A DNA stretch of 32,000 nucleotides. Origin: Amoeboradix gromovi X-113 (taxonomy: Eukaryota; Fungi; Sanchytriomycota). The stretch spans positions 9,374-41,373 of the forward strand of contig JADGIF010000016.1 of NCBI GenBank assembly GCA_018985225.1, in the 5' to 3' direction. Of the stretch, positions 9,442 to 20,515 are shown in pieces. Positions within the stretch are counted from its first letter, which is position 1; every line of letters starts with the position of its first letter. Both the position numbers and the translations under genes were made by a program. Below the pieces are notes generated by a model. The model had not been told where the DNA came from and did not search any database. It saw only the letters and a list, made by a program, of their open reading frames with translations.

Positions 9442-9853
9442 AAAGTGTTGCTTGATGTTGTTTTCGTACATAGTTATAACGTCGATCGCCATGTAGTCCG
9501 GCAGTGTGTTGAGATGGTGGTATTTCATGGTATCTACTACCAGGGGCTCATATTGCTCCTCGTAGAACTCTTTGAGCTTTGCTTCCAGCTCTTGAGTCTC
9601 AGCCTACGGGGCTCTGCCTCTGTTTCCTCGCAGAGAATCTTAATGAGCGCGTTGAAAAAAGGCTTGTAGATAGTAGGTAGAGCATCTCGAGCGTAAGAGC
9701 AGTGAATCAGATACAGCTTGCAGTTCCTGAAGCTGTGGGTCATGATTCTGTTAGTGAGAAGAGCTGCATTGGTAAGCTTCTCAGAGACCGCTTCATTCCT
9801 CACAACGCTCTTGAGGCTAGTCTTGACATACTGGAAGAAGGCTTATCTTCCAT
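9442..9853 (-). pseudogene. Fanzor1 N-terminal region pseudogene
   Basis: FQYVKTSLKSVVRNEAVSEKLTNAALLTNRIMTHS...KLYLIHC...LPTIYKPFFNALIKILCEE [frameshift] ELEAKLKEFYEEQYEPL...YHHLNTLPDYMAIDVITMYENNIKQHF. This matches my recollection of Fanzor1 N-termini (KLYL, LP.I, Y.HLN..LDY, TMYENNIK.H). Confidence 0.75.
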
Positions 9854-10091
9854 ACCATGTGAGCTTATTGTGCGCCGAAGAACTTTTTGCAGTCGTATTT
9901 GACATTTCAAAATTTTCAACAGTATAAATAAATTTATAGTCGTTTATCTAATGAGATCTATTGTTGCAGATGTCGCCTGGTTGTCATTCTTGATCTCATT
10001 GCATTTGGCGCTTACCAATGAGTGGTGATTGGAATATTCTGGAAAAGCTGTAAAATTACATAAGCCATGAGGACAAGGGCTAACAGATTAA

Positions 10092-10835
10092 ATGGATTAT
10101 TATTCAATACTTGGAGTGAAGAAAACTGCGAGTGCCGATGAAATAAAGCAGCAATATAAAAAACTGGCCTTGAGACATCATCCTGACAGATGCCATGGGA
10201 AAACGGAACGCGAGCAGACAGAAAATATGAGAACATTTCAAAAAGTTGGTGAAGCATTTGAAATACTATCTGACCCATTAAAAAGAAGCCAGTACGATCA
10301 TAAAGATGTCTATAATTATAAAGGGTTTGAAATGCACAATCCATTTGATATCTTTAGTGAGATATTTGGCAACAACAATTGGGCGCGTGACACCAGGAAT
10401 GCAAGTGATATTTTCGGAGGTGCAGATCGCATGTTTATGGACTCTTTCATTCAGCAGCCGCATCCAATGCACTCTGGTTTTCAAGATCATTTTAATTTAT
10501 ATCAACCGCATTTACAGAGACCAAATGAATCAGAGTCAATGAAAAATTACAATAAGCAGCGTTCTAGACGATACCCTTTGCCAAAAACTAGAAACTATCA
10601 ACAGCCTTGTGAAAGTTCAGGCAGAATAAATCAGATAAGTTTCACAAATACAACTTCTACGAGCAGGTCACAGAGTACTATTAATGGAGTGACCAAGATA
10701 AGAACTGTAAAAAAAGACGTTAACGGAAACGTCGAAGAGATAGACGAAGTTCACTATGGCAAGGAAAGTGCAAGAGTGGTGAAAGTGAATGGGATTGTGA
10801 CAGAACAGCGTGGTAACTCCAAGTTATTACAATAA
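10092..10835 (+). CDS. DnaJ/Hsp40 co-chaperone (DNAJB6-like)
   Basis: N-terminal J domain DYYSILGV...YKKLALRHHPD...FEILSDP, a G/F-rich linker (NPFDIFSEIFG) and an S/T-rich C-terminus. Confidence 0.9.
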   Translation: MDYYSILGVKKTASADEIKQQYKKLALRHHPDRCHGKTEREQTENMRTFQKVGEAFEILSDPLKRSQYDHKDVYNYKGFEMHNPFDIFSEIFGNNNWARDTRNASDIFGGADRMFMDSFIQQPHPMHSGFQDHFNLYQPHLQRPNESESMKNYNKQRSRRYPLPKTRNYQQPCESSGRINQISFTNTTSTSRSQSTINGVTKIRTVKKDVNGNVEEIDEVHYGKESARVVKVNGIVTEQRGNSKLLQ

Positions 10836-10893
10836 ATTATTTATGCCAAATCTTTCGCTTTTTACGGGACCACATAGAATTGTGACACACTGT

Positions 10894-13557
10894 ATGAGTA
10901 AGAATCAGAATCCTTCGACTAAATTACAAATACTCTTAAACAGAGTCCAAGAAAAAGATTTCAAGGCATCAATGGAAGTCGAAGCATTTGCAAGTCAGTC
11001 TACTGTCGAAGAACTGTTTGATGCCTATAAACAGGTCGATTTAAGAGTCAAAAAATCATCAAAAGAATTGGAAAGGTATTATTACAATAACTACTACTCG
11101 TTTATTGAGTCCGCTAGAGAGCAAATAGACACCACTAAGTTATTAGAGCATGTGAATAGCAAGTTAGCAAATCAATACATTCCAATTATTGAGGAAATTA
11201 ATTCTAGCTTTGAAGGCATTCGTGAACAACTCGCTGATGAGTTGCTAAGGTATGAACAGCTCAAGAAATACAGTATTGCTAAGAAACAGTCCGGTTGGGT
11301 CGTTGATTTATTTGTAAATCTCGAAAAATCATTTCATCGTATCAAAGGTTCAACACCTTTAAACCCCAAAGAATGCTCGTTTAAAGACATAAATTATAAG
11401 ATTTACGGCTACATCATCCGCTGCGCGTATCACATTAAGAATTATTATCTGTTATCTCTGTTCAGTGCCTCCAAGAATAATCCTGAAATCAAATCAATTT
11501 TATCCAAGTGCAGTCAAGTTGTCGTTCGTATCGCGCGATTAATTGAGTCTATGCTCACCACCCACACTACTTGGTGCGGTAGTTGGAGTTTGGAGTACCC
11601 GATTTTGTTACTAGTTCATTCATTTCTTTCAGAATTGAATATTCCATCAGAAATAGGGAATAAAATACAATCGAAGCTGCCACTCATATTCCAGTTTTAC
11701 ACTCAAACATTTTCTTTTACTAACCAAAAGTATCTCAACATGTCTACAAATGAAGAATTCGTTAAAATGCGTAATTTGGTTTTAAGAGATGTATGCTTGT
11801 TTGGACTTACTTTAAATGCGTTTTACATAAATATGGAGCCAATAACTTCTGATTCTACTAATGTTAAAATCATCTATAACCATTTATATCAAATTAGACA
11901 ATTGACATGTCCAGTAGAATGCGAGTCAATACTATTGACACTGAACAGTTTCTATACACCACTAATGGACATACTGGTAAGCTCAACTGTAAGTTGTTAT
12001 AGCTCGCTCCTAATTTGTTGTATAAAAAAAGACTACCTGGGAGAAAACTTCAATTCGAACAAATTGGTACATTTATTACGAAATATTAAAGCGGAGTGCC
12101 ATGAAGCTGCTATTTTTCCATTTGATTTCTTATGGTCAGTTGATAAGAGTGCACCAGTTAAGGTTGATGAAAATGTAGTGATTTTGCAGCTTTTAGAGAC
12201 AAGCCAACTAGTCCAATCTAGATTTCCGTTAACAGAAGCCCTATTCGCTAACCTGTCTTCTCGTTTGATGGCTCACGTGGTTTTAGAATCGATTAGATAC
12301 TCGTTTTTAGAAGTAAGATCAAAACTACAATTTGCCCTGGAAGATTGTTTGAAATTTATCACAGTGCAGTTTTCATCTAAGCAGCTAGCCACAGGACTGC
12401 TAGAGACTGAGCGAGTCCTAGAAAAGACACTAAATGATGTCGTTCGCAAACAACTGAAAAAGATTCGTAGATTCATGATAGATGGAAATGAGCCTATTGA
12501 ATGGTTCAGCAAGGCGGTATTGGACCAGCTGCATGATTTTTGGAGACACATAAGCGATTCTTCATTTCTTGATTGCAATTCTCAGTTAATTCTTAGCCGC
12601 GTCTGTTTTGATTCTGACATGCATTTAATCAACAACTGCTTTATCAAGTTTTTAGTTCTAATTCACTCTACGGAATTTGAAGAGGAGGAAGAGCCTAGTA
12701 CAGAGATGATTCAATATTACAATTCTTTAAATTTTGGAGTATCTGAACTCCGAGAAAATGTGAGAATACAAGCTAAACAGAAGTTAGGCCATTACATTTT
12801 ACACCATTGCTTGCATTTAACGGGCTTGATGGGTCTCTATTTCAATGATTTGGATCACAAAAAGGACAAAATCATAATTTCAACAATACTGCAACAATCT
12901 ATAACCTACATAAAGGACATCGAAGTGTTTGCCAGTGTCATTTTTGATGAACTTGGAAAGGAGGATTACTACACATCTAGACCCCCTGTGGCCAAGAAAG
13001 GCCATGCAAAAACATATTCTTTGGACGACAGATTTAGTGACCGCGAGTCGGCTAGTAGCACTGGAATATCACCTACAAAAGTAGATTCAAAGTCAGTGGT
13101 GCTTACTGCGCCAAGATTATACTCTAGCCATGTTCACAAGCTATTTAGAAAGCACGTTGATTACTATCCTCAATTGCCTACGACAATAATAAAAAATGAG
13201 CTGAAGGTCAGGGTTGATTTCACAAAGGAGGCAATAATTGAACATTTGTTGTTGGTGATAATCAAACACATGATTGAAGGGATAAAAAACAGATGTACTT
13301 TATTTTATTGCGGAGTGTTTACATCACAACAATATGAGCAGATATACATTGATGTCGAATACTTAAAGATGATAATTAGATTATCAGCAAGCAAGCTGGA
13401 AAGCAGCGTAATGGATGACAAATTTCTGATGATTTTATTAGACGAAGCTAGAAGTTATGCATTCGCAAATTGTCCATCTCCAAGATCACCAGATACTAAA
13501 TATATGCAACAGATATTAGAAGAAGAACGAATAAAATTGAGCAAGACAGCTAAATAA
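10894..13557 (+). CDS. VPS51: GARP/EARP subunit Vps51 (Ang2)-like; start 10894 or 10843
   Basis: N-terminal Vps51-like segment (VKKSSKELERYYYNNYYSFIESA) and C-terminal QIYIDVEYL...LLDEARSYAFANCPSP. Confidence 0.65.
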   Translation: MSKNQNPSTKLQILLNRVQEKDFKASMEVEAFASQSTVEELFDAYKQVDLRVKKSSKELERYYYNNYYSFIESAREQIDTTKLLEHVNSKLANQYIPIIEEINSSFEGIREQLADELLRYEQLKKYSIAKKQSGWVVDLFVNLEKSFHRIKGSTPLNPKECSFKDINYKIYGYIIRCAYHIKNYYLLSLFSASKNNPEIKSILSKCSQVVVRIARLIESMLTTHTTWCGSWSLEYPILLLVHSFLSELNIPSEIGNKIQSKLPLIFQFYTQTFSFTNQKYLNMSTNEEFVKMRNLVLRDVCLFGLTLNAFYINMEPITSDSTNVKIIYNHLYQIRQLTCPVECESILLTLNSFYTPLMDILVSSTVSCYSSLLICCIKKDYLGENFNSNKLVHLLRNIKAECHEAAIFPFDFLWSVDKSAPVKVDENVVILQLLETSQLVQSRFPLTEALFANLSSRLMAHVVLESIRYSFLEVRSKLQFALEDCLKFITVQFSSKQLATGLLETERVLEKTLNDVVRKQLKKIRRFMIDGNEPIEWFSKAVLDQLHDFWRHISDSSFLDCNSQLILSRVCFDSDMHLINNCFIKFLVLIHSTEFEEEEEPSTEMIQYYNSLNFGVSELRENVRIQAKQKLGHYILHHCLHLTGLMGLYFNDLDHKKDKIIISTILQQSITYIKDIEVFASVIFDELGKEDYYTSRPPVAKKGHAKTYSLDDRFSDRESASSTGISPTKVDSKSVVLTAPRLYSSHVHKLFRKHVDYYPQLPTTIIKNELKVRVDFTKEAIIEHLLLVIIKHMIEGIKNRCTLFYCGVFTSQQYEQIYIDVEYLKMIIRLSASKLESSVMDDKFLMILLDEARSYAFANCPSPRSPDTKYMQQILEEERIKLSKTAK

Positions 13558-13606
13558 ATAAAAATTGTTTAATCATATAGGCTTGAAACATTTAACTAAT
13601 TTTCAA

Positions 13607-14271
13607 ATGACGAATAGACTACAGACCATTAATCGGATAAAAAGGAAAGAATATAAAGGAAGACCGTTTATATGCTGGATAGCACTGTGTGTTTGCAGTT
13701 CAATGTTGATAACATTAGTTGTTTTCATAGTTATGGTAGTAACATTTACACTACCAACTTTGAATCTAAACGATTTTTCAAGCGGAAACCCACCATATAG
13801 TATACAAGGCGGCACTTTTTTAGGAAATTCAATAAATGGCAACCTTCAGGATGTAGTAGTGAGAATGAATTGGAATTTGAATTTGCAAGTTGTTAATCCC
13901 AATTTTTATGGATTTACTGTAGATAATCTAAGCATAGATATATACTATAGAAATAACAATGTTTTAGTGTCGCAAGTGCAAAACACTAGGGTTCAAATTG
14001 CACCGAAAGATACAACAAATCAAACCATACCTATTTCTGTAATATTGAAAATGACTGGATCGCAAGCGTCTACGTACATGGAAATAATGTCAAAATGCGG
14101 ATATTTGGGAGGTGCAAAGTCAACTCTAGGAATGAGATATGAGATCAAGATTGATACTGCACCGATCAACTGGTTTGTAAAGCCAGTATTTAAAATCAAT
14201 TACGATAACAGTATTTATTAGCTAAATTAGATTGTCCTATAGACTTCAATAACTTGAATGTGAATACTTAA
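13607..14271 (+). CDS. Single-pass membrane protein with LEA_2-like domain, two exons (13607-14210, 14231-14271)
   Basis: A TM helix, then LNLQVVNPNFYGFTVDNLSIDIYY. Splicing adds NCPIDFNNLNVNT*, followed by AATAAA. Confidence 0.7.
14211..14230 (+). other. 20-nt spliceosomal intron
   Basis: GTATTTATTAGCTAAATTAG fits the consensus of the four 19-nt introns. Less secure because the second exon is short. Confidence 0.65.
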
Positions 14272-14294
14272 ATGTTGCGATGAATAAAATGCAA

Positions 14295-15803
14295 TCAATT
14301 TGTCCATTTTATTAACTTTCTGTCTTTTAAATCCATAGAGTAGAACCCGTCATTTTTTGGATGGAACACTGTTTGTATAACAGGTGTGTTGTGTGATTTT
14401 AAAGAGTGAAATTCCTTGTCTGGATTTCTATAGTCCCAGAACAACACGGTACCATTTTGACTACCTACAGCTATGTTAAACCCATCACTACTAACGCTTG
14501 CTTTGGAGAACGAATTATCCAAAGTGTATAAAGAAGAAGTAAAATGTTTTACTGGCTGTCCGTCACGTATATCTACAATTTTTAGTGCAGAATCTCTATA
14601 GTTGACTAGCACGCAGTTATCGTTCAGCATGGTGGCTGCTTTACAAATCGATATACCTGCACTATTATGCTTTTCAGTCTCAAGAGATATGGCACCTTTG
14701 GTTAGATCCCAGATACGCACTGAACCGTCTAAATGACAACTAGCTACTTTAGTGCCACCGTAATCCATGCTGCATAAATCATTAAAACTGGATACACCAA
14801 ATATGGTCTTTGTCACATAACCCTGAACAGCATCAAATACTTTGAGAGTGCGATCATATGAGCCACTAATTATACGATCGGAATCACCAGAGAACGTAGC
14901 ACAAGTTACTTTGGATGCGTGCCCGGTTAGGGTCCATATTAATTGCTTACTTTCGACATCATATAGTCTAACTGTTTTATCGTAAGACGTAGATACACAT
15001 CTGTTGCCCAATTCATTGAAGCTGCAGCTGAGTATACTTCCAAGCGCAGAATCAAACTTGTGTAACACTTTTAGCTCTATTGAGTCTAAAAGTTTTAATA
15101 CTTTATCGCCACCACCAGTCAAGAGCAAATCACCACTGTTGCTGATATTCAAAGCATATCCCTCTTCTGTGTGTACTATCGCTGTACATGATACTTTTAG
15201 TTTATTAATTTTTATTTCTTTCCTTTCATTTGAAATGATGTTCCAGTCATTCTGTTTGGATGGGGAAACCTTTTTTGGGGATAATTGATCATTAAAAGAT
15301 TCTGCTTGCTCTTCTTTCAATTTTAGCCATCTGTCAATTAGATCTCGGTTTTCTTTACAAAGTTCTTCATTCTTAATGTCTAGCCTAGTCAATTCAAGAT
15401 TTTGAGCGGACAATTCATCGTGAAGTAGTTCTATGGCTTTATCCTTTTCAACAAGTACTTCTTTTATGATTTTTGTCTCATTACTTAACTTGTCTACCAT
15501 TATGCAAGTTTTTTCATAACTAGTTTTACATTTAGCAACCTCTTGTTGCAGATTAATAGCAGTCTGAACCAGTTTAGAGCACCGTTCTTTTAATCTTTCG
15601 TTCTCCAAAGTAATGTTATGATTGTCCAATTCTGACTGATGGAATAACTTTGAAAAAGTTCCTTCTTCTTCTTCCTCAGATTTATCCAGTTTAATATGCT
15701 CTAGATTTCTAAGACGGCATAACTCATCTTGCAAATAAATGATATGATCATAAACTTCAAAATTTTGTGAATCTCGTGCCTCTATCAAGGATCTCAAATC
15801 CAT
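14295..15803 (-). CDS. ATG16: Autophagy protein ATG16 with coiled coil and WD40 repeats (ATG16L1-like)
   Basis: LHDELSAQNLEL...KENRDLIDRWLKLKEEQAESFN (ATG16 domain), then WD40 repeats (TLTGHASKV, SGSYDRTLKVFD). Confidence 0.88.
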   Translation of the reverse strand: MDLRSLIEARDSQNFEVYDHIIYLQDELCRLRNLEHIKLDKSEEEEEGTFSKLFHQSELDNHNITLENERLKERCSKLVQTAINLQQEVAKCKTSYEKTCIMVDKLSNETKIIKEVLVEKDKAIELLHDELSAQNLELTRLDIKNEELCKENRDLIDRWLKLKEEQAESFNDQLSPKKVSPSKQNDWNIISNERKEIKINKLKVSCTAIVHTEEGYALNISNSGDLLLTGGGDKVLKLLDSIELKVLHKFDSALGSILSCSFNELGNRCVSTSYDKTVRLYDVESKQLIWTLTGHASKVTCATFSGDSDRIISGSYDRTLKVFDAVQGYVTKTIFGVSSFNDLCSMDYGGTKVASCHLDGSVRIWDLTKGAISLETEKHNSAGISICKAATMLNDNCVLVNYRDSALKIVDIRDGQPVKHFTSSLYTLDNSFSKASVSSDGFNIAVGSQNGTVLFWDYRNPDKEFHSLKSHNTPVIQTVFHPKNDGFYSMDLKDRKLIKWTN

Positions 15804-15959
15804 TTTCTGAAAAGGTTTCAAAATATAATCGTATGCTGCTTTTTGAAGTTTGCCTTTGGATTTTAATATTCTACATCAATGGTTTGTTGAGATTGCGAAG
15901 TGTCTGAAAACACCTCTGATACCTCAAATTTTTAAAACGTACGTCGTCAGTGTGTACTC

Positions 15960-17718
15960 ATGGAAATGCACCGATTAGAATCCTTATCGCTTCCATACTC
16001 TATCTATAATAAGAGCAGAAAGCTAATGATATTGCTGCCGTTATCCTTATTAGTTGTAATAATTGGATTATTTAGTTACAGCTACTCGATTGTAGATGAG
16101 CGATTTTATCTGAATGGAGCTGTAGCAACTGATAATAAAATATGCTCTCGTATCGGTGTTAGCATTTTAAAAGATGGAGGAAATGCTGTGGATGCCTCGG
16201 TAGCATCTGCGATATGTTTAGGTACCATAAATGCATTTGCAAGTGGTATTGGTGGAGGTGGATTTGCACTAGTTGGAGGAGCATCCCAACCTGTTCAATA
16301 CTTTAATTTCCGTGAAAAAGCACCTCAATCCGCGGATCCCAATATGTTCGTTGGCAACCCAATGGATGCTCAAATCGGAGCCAAAAGTGTTGGTGTGCCT
16401 GGTGAGCTAATGGGATTGTGGGAAATGCACATTAAGTATGGAAAAATGGAATGGCAAAAGCTGTTTGTTCCAAGTATTAGAATAGCGCAACATGGTTTTC
16501 GTGTTGATAAACTGTTGTTAAAACGACTGGAAAGCGTTAAAAAATCTATTTTTCTTGATCCCGGATTCTCTAGCGTTTACACAAAGATTGTAAATAATGA
16601 AAAAAAACTTGTCGAACTAAATGATTTAATTACAAGGCCAAATTATGCCAAAACACTTTTAAGCATATCTGAAAGTGGAATAAAATCATTTTATCATGGC
16701 AAGATAGCCGCTACTTTGACAAAATTTTTGCGCGAGAATGGCGGAATTTTGACCATGCAGGACTTTGGCAATTATTCTGTAATCGTCAGCGATCCCCTTG
16801 TTGTAAATTACAGGGGCCATAAGGTATACACAACTAGCTTACCGAGTGGTGGACCTGTGTTAGCAATGATGCTTAAAATAATGGAGAACTACTCAATTCC
16901 TTCTGGGTTAGGTGGTGACATAGACACGCATAGGATGATCGAGGCCATGAAATGGGGCTACGCTCAAAGATCTTTTTTTGGGGATCCTCAATTTGTGCCA
17001 AATGTAACTGAGAAGATTAATAAAATACTTTCTAGCAAATACATAAGTGCTATTGTTCCTCGAATAGTAAATGATATGACATTTGAGCCAGAGCACTGTA
17101 AATTATATTAACGTAGACGATTCAGATTACTCACAGTATTCAGACCACGGCACTACCCACTTTTCCGTTGTTGACAAAAGCGGCTTGGCTGTTAGTTTGA
17201 CAAGTACGGTAAATCTCAATTTTGGATGTATGATGATGGAACCAGCCACTGGAATAATTTTAAATGATCAATTAGATGACTTTTCTATACCCAATAGAAG
17301 TAACTATTTCGGCTTAAAACCCAGCGTAGCAAATTACATTGCACCGGGTAAAAGGCCTCAGAGCTCAACGGCACCTACTTTCTTGTGGAAGAACGGAAAA
17401 TTAGTTTTGAATATAGGAGGAAGTGGTGGTTCTAGAATAGGGACTGCCGTGCTTCAAACCATAATAAGAGTAATAGATGAGCATATAGGAATGAATCACG
17501 CGATCCAGATGCCTAGGGTTCACCATCAGTTATTTCCAAATAAGTTGGAAGTGGAGAGTACAATGGACAATGTTCTTATTCTCGATTTGAAAGCTAAAAA
17601 TCACACAATGGACATAATTGAGAAAGCGTTCTCAGCAGTTCAGGGCATACATGTAGTTAACGGCAAAATATATGCTGGCTCAGACCACAGAAAAGACGGC
17701 GAACCCGCAGGATATTAA
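15960..17718 (+). CDS. GGT: Gamma-glutamyltranspeptidase, two exons (15960-17097, 17117-17718)
   Basis: GGNAVDA, SGIGGGGF, FREKAP, catalytic HGTTHFSVVD, PGKRPQSS and GGSGGSRI. The exons join in frame after removing 17098-17116. Confidence 0.95.
17098..17116 (+). other. 19-nt spliceosomal intron in GGT
   Basis: GTAAATTATATTAACGTAG, phase 1; gives EPEH-Y-DSDYSQYSDHGTTH. Confidence 0.88.
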
Positions 17719-18120
17719 AATATTGTAATAAATTGAAACCTATATTCTTTATGAGTAATTTAAAAATATTTCATGACAAACCTGCTTGTCAAGACCTCAA
17801 TTAAGTATCGTTTATGTTTAGGTGTCCATTAGCTAGCGGTAAGCACAATTGAACGCGAAAGTATATGTTGGAGACGTTTTTGCAAAATCTTTAACCTCTT
17901 TATGGAAAATACTACAAGGACTATAAAAACATAATCAAAACATACACCCACAAGTACTGGGATACAACCAGAAGGTTGGGATAGAGTCTTTTTTTATAAT
18001 GCTGAATTACAGGGCTTGGTAGCACTTAGATGACAGTCAAATTCTCGCTAACATCTTACAGATTAACTTGGAGACATCCTTTCGGTAGAAAACTTATTGG
18101 GATATATTAAAAACAGTTTA

Positions 18121-20368
18121 TTATATTCCATCATAGGATTCAAACAATATCAGCGACACCAATGCTGACCATCCATTAAACGGCTTAGCTCTCTGTCCTT
18201 TTCCGTTTTCGTCGGAGTATTGCTCCCAAAAAAAGCCTGTTCTTTTAAACTCTTTGTACACATTTTCTATCACATTCTTCCTTAACTCTTCATAAATGCT
18301 TACCGCCAATTGCTTTTCCTTCGAATGCAGATAGTTCTTGTGCAAACTAGCACAAACCAGATAATTCATCTGAATCCAAATTGGCCCTCTCCAGTAATTT
18401 TCTCCTAAATGACTGAATTCATCATCTAATGACAGCGATCTAATCCCGTAATTTGTCCACATTTGCTTACTTCTTATAAATTCCAGTATTGGTTTTAAAT
18501 GATCGCTTTCAGGTGGTATCAATCCCAGCATTAATGGGTAAATAGTCAAATATCCCTTATGGCAAGTATGTTCCGATTTCCCGTCAGCATTGATCGTCAG
18601 ATCACAGTAACTTTGCTCTTTACTATTCCAGTGTATTTTCTCCAAGTTGTCTATTCCATTGATGTAATCTGAATTAAATCTATCGTAATCTGTTGTTGAA
18701 CCCATTGTATTTGCAATTTTACTTAACAATTTAGCATAATAAGTCATCCAGCTGAGCAGATCTACGTGGAGTTCACCAATATGTCCAGGAACACTCCTAG
18801 GGTAGTCATCCATGCCGCTAGCAAACAAATGCACGTCTGTTCTTCCTCTCCATCGGAATACGAATGAGTTATCGTACTGTCTATCATATTGGTCGCTATT
18901 GCCCAACTGAGTTTTTAAAAACCATTCGTAATTTTGTTTCAATTTGGGATAAAGAACTGCCACTCGCTGATAAATCATGTTCAGTTCTTGCTGTTTTTTG
19001 TATTCGTAGGTGTCTATGTCAAATTCTTTAGTGTTCTTATTACTCAAGTAATCACTGATCTTAGCAGCGCGTTCTACGCTTGCAGCAATAGGAATGATTA
19101 ATGTAGGAGGATTACCTACATACGTGTACTGCGTCTGGAATTCCTGGGGAACTTTACTTCTAGCTTCGTCGCCCAATATCTGCTCTCTAGCTATCCATCC
19201 GTCGCTGTCCATTATGTTAAACCACGAATCCAAAATATCGAAACTACATCAGATAAAAATACCCGATAGCTTCATCATACTTGCCTATCATTAACAGATG
19301 GAAACCCTCATCCCATATGAACCCACGTGGAAAGTGAGATCTGCTTGGGGTCGAACTGATTAACTCATAAACATTTGTAAATTCAGGATTTTCCAAATCT
19401 TTGCGATGCCCCAATTTGTTTTTTTCAGGAACCGCATCCTCATCGTTATCAAAATAGTCAGCGAATTGGCTATCGTAAGGATCATAATCATCTTCCACTA
19501 AAGGGGTTTTGTCAACAATATAGTTTCCCGAGAAGTAACCAATCCCACCAATTGTGGAGGCAATAGCAATCTGTGAATACTTAAGATACTCATCATTAAA
19601 CATCTTGTTACCCTTTTTTTTCGAAATAGAACTTGTGGAAACGTCGAATTTTAAAGAAAATGATTCCCCAAAAGAGCTTTTGTATTCAGAGAACTGGTCT
19701 TCGGCATTTTTAAGTAGCTTTTTTGCAGCCTTGACACCATTTCCCGTAAAAACTACTTTTAAATCAACGTCGCCTTTACCTACTTGACGATGCATCACAA
19801 CATTTGATTTCAGATCAAAATGAGTGTCAAAGTAAAGACTTTGGCTATCCATCGCTTTCTTTTCAAACTCCTGCTGAATAGTCCAAGTTTTACCGCTGTC
19901 GAGCTTGAATCCACTCGATTTTATCATTTCACCATTACTCTGAAAGTAAATCCCAACATCTTGTTTATTATGTACACCAGAAAATCCGAAAACATCTGAA
20001 TGATCTTCATAGCTGAAAATTCCATCTTTTGAATCGCTCCCTAAATAAAAAGCCAACCCAGTTACCGCGCCTTGATTCTTTGCTTTACCTGAGATGTGTG
20101 CAATCCACTCACCATTAATTTGGGACCATTCTATATTAAATTTCATGTCCTTATCCTCAATCACTTCATTGGAATAGTTAGAACCATCATGCTTGTCAAA
20201 ATAATATGAATATGGATATTCGTTGTTACAAACATGTCTAATTTCAGGTTTTTCGGCATTCCACCAAATCAGGCCCGCCAGTAACCCATCGGGTTCTGTT
20301 GTACGTACACCCCAATATAATTGCGGTCTTCCAACCCAATTGGCCAATGTGATGCTGATAAATAGCAT
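18121..20368 (-). CDS. CWH41: Mannosyl-oligosaccharide glucosidase I (GH63; CWH41/MOGS), two exons; start approximate
   Basis: PSRSHFPRGFIWDEGFH, GWIAREQILGDEARSKVP, ASGMDDYPR, NYWRGPIW and GFFWEQY. The exons join after removing 19244-19262. Confidence 0.93.
19244..19262 (-). other. 19-nt spliceosomal intron in glucosidase I
   Basis: GTATTTTTATCTGATGTAG on the minus strand, phase 2; gives YDEAI-G-FDILDSW. Confidence 0.88.
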
Positions 20369-20515
20369 TGTTTCAAAAATAATGTGGTACCCTCGGTATA
20401 TTAAAGATACATACATTATAATGTAGTAAACTGGACTATATAAAGTTGCACTTTCTATCACCTTTGCACAAGAGACACCAATGATACCATCTTATTAAAA
20501 AGTCACGGATAAAAC

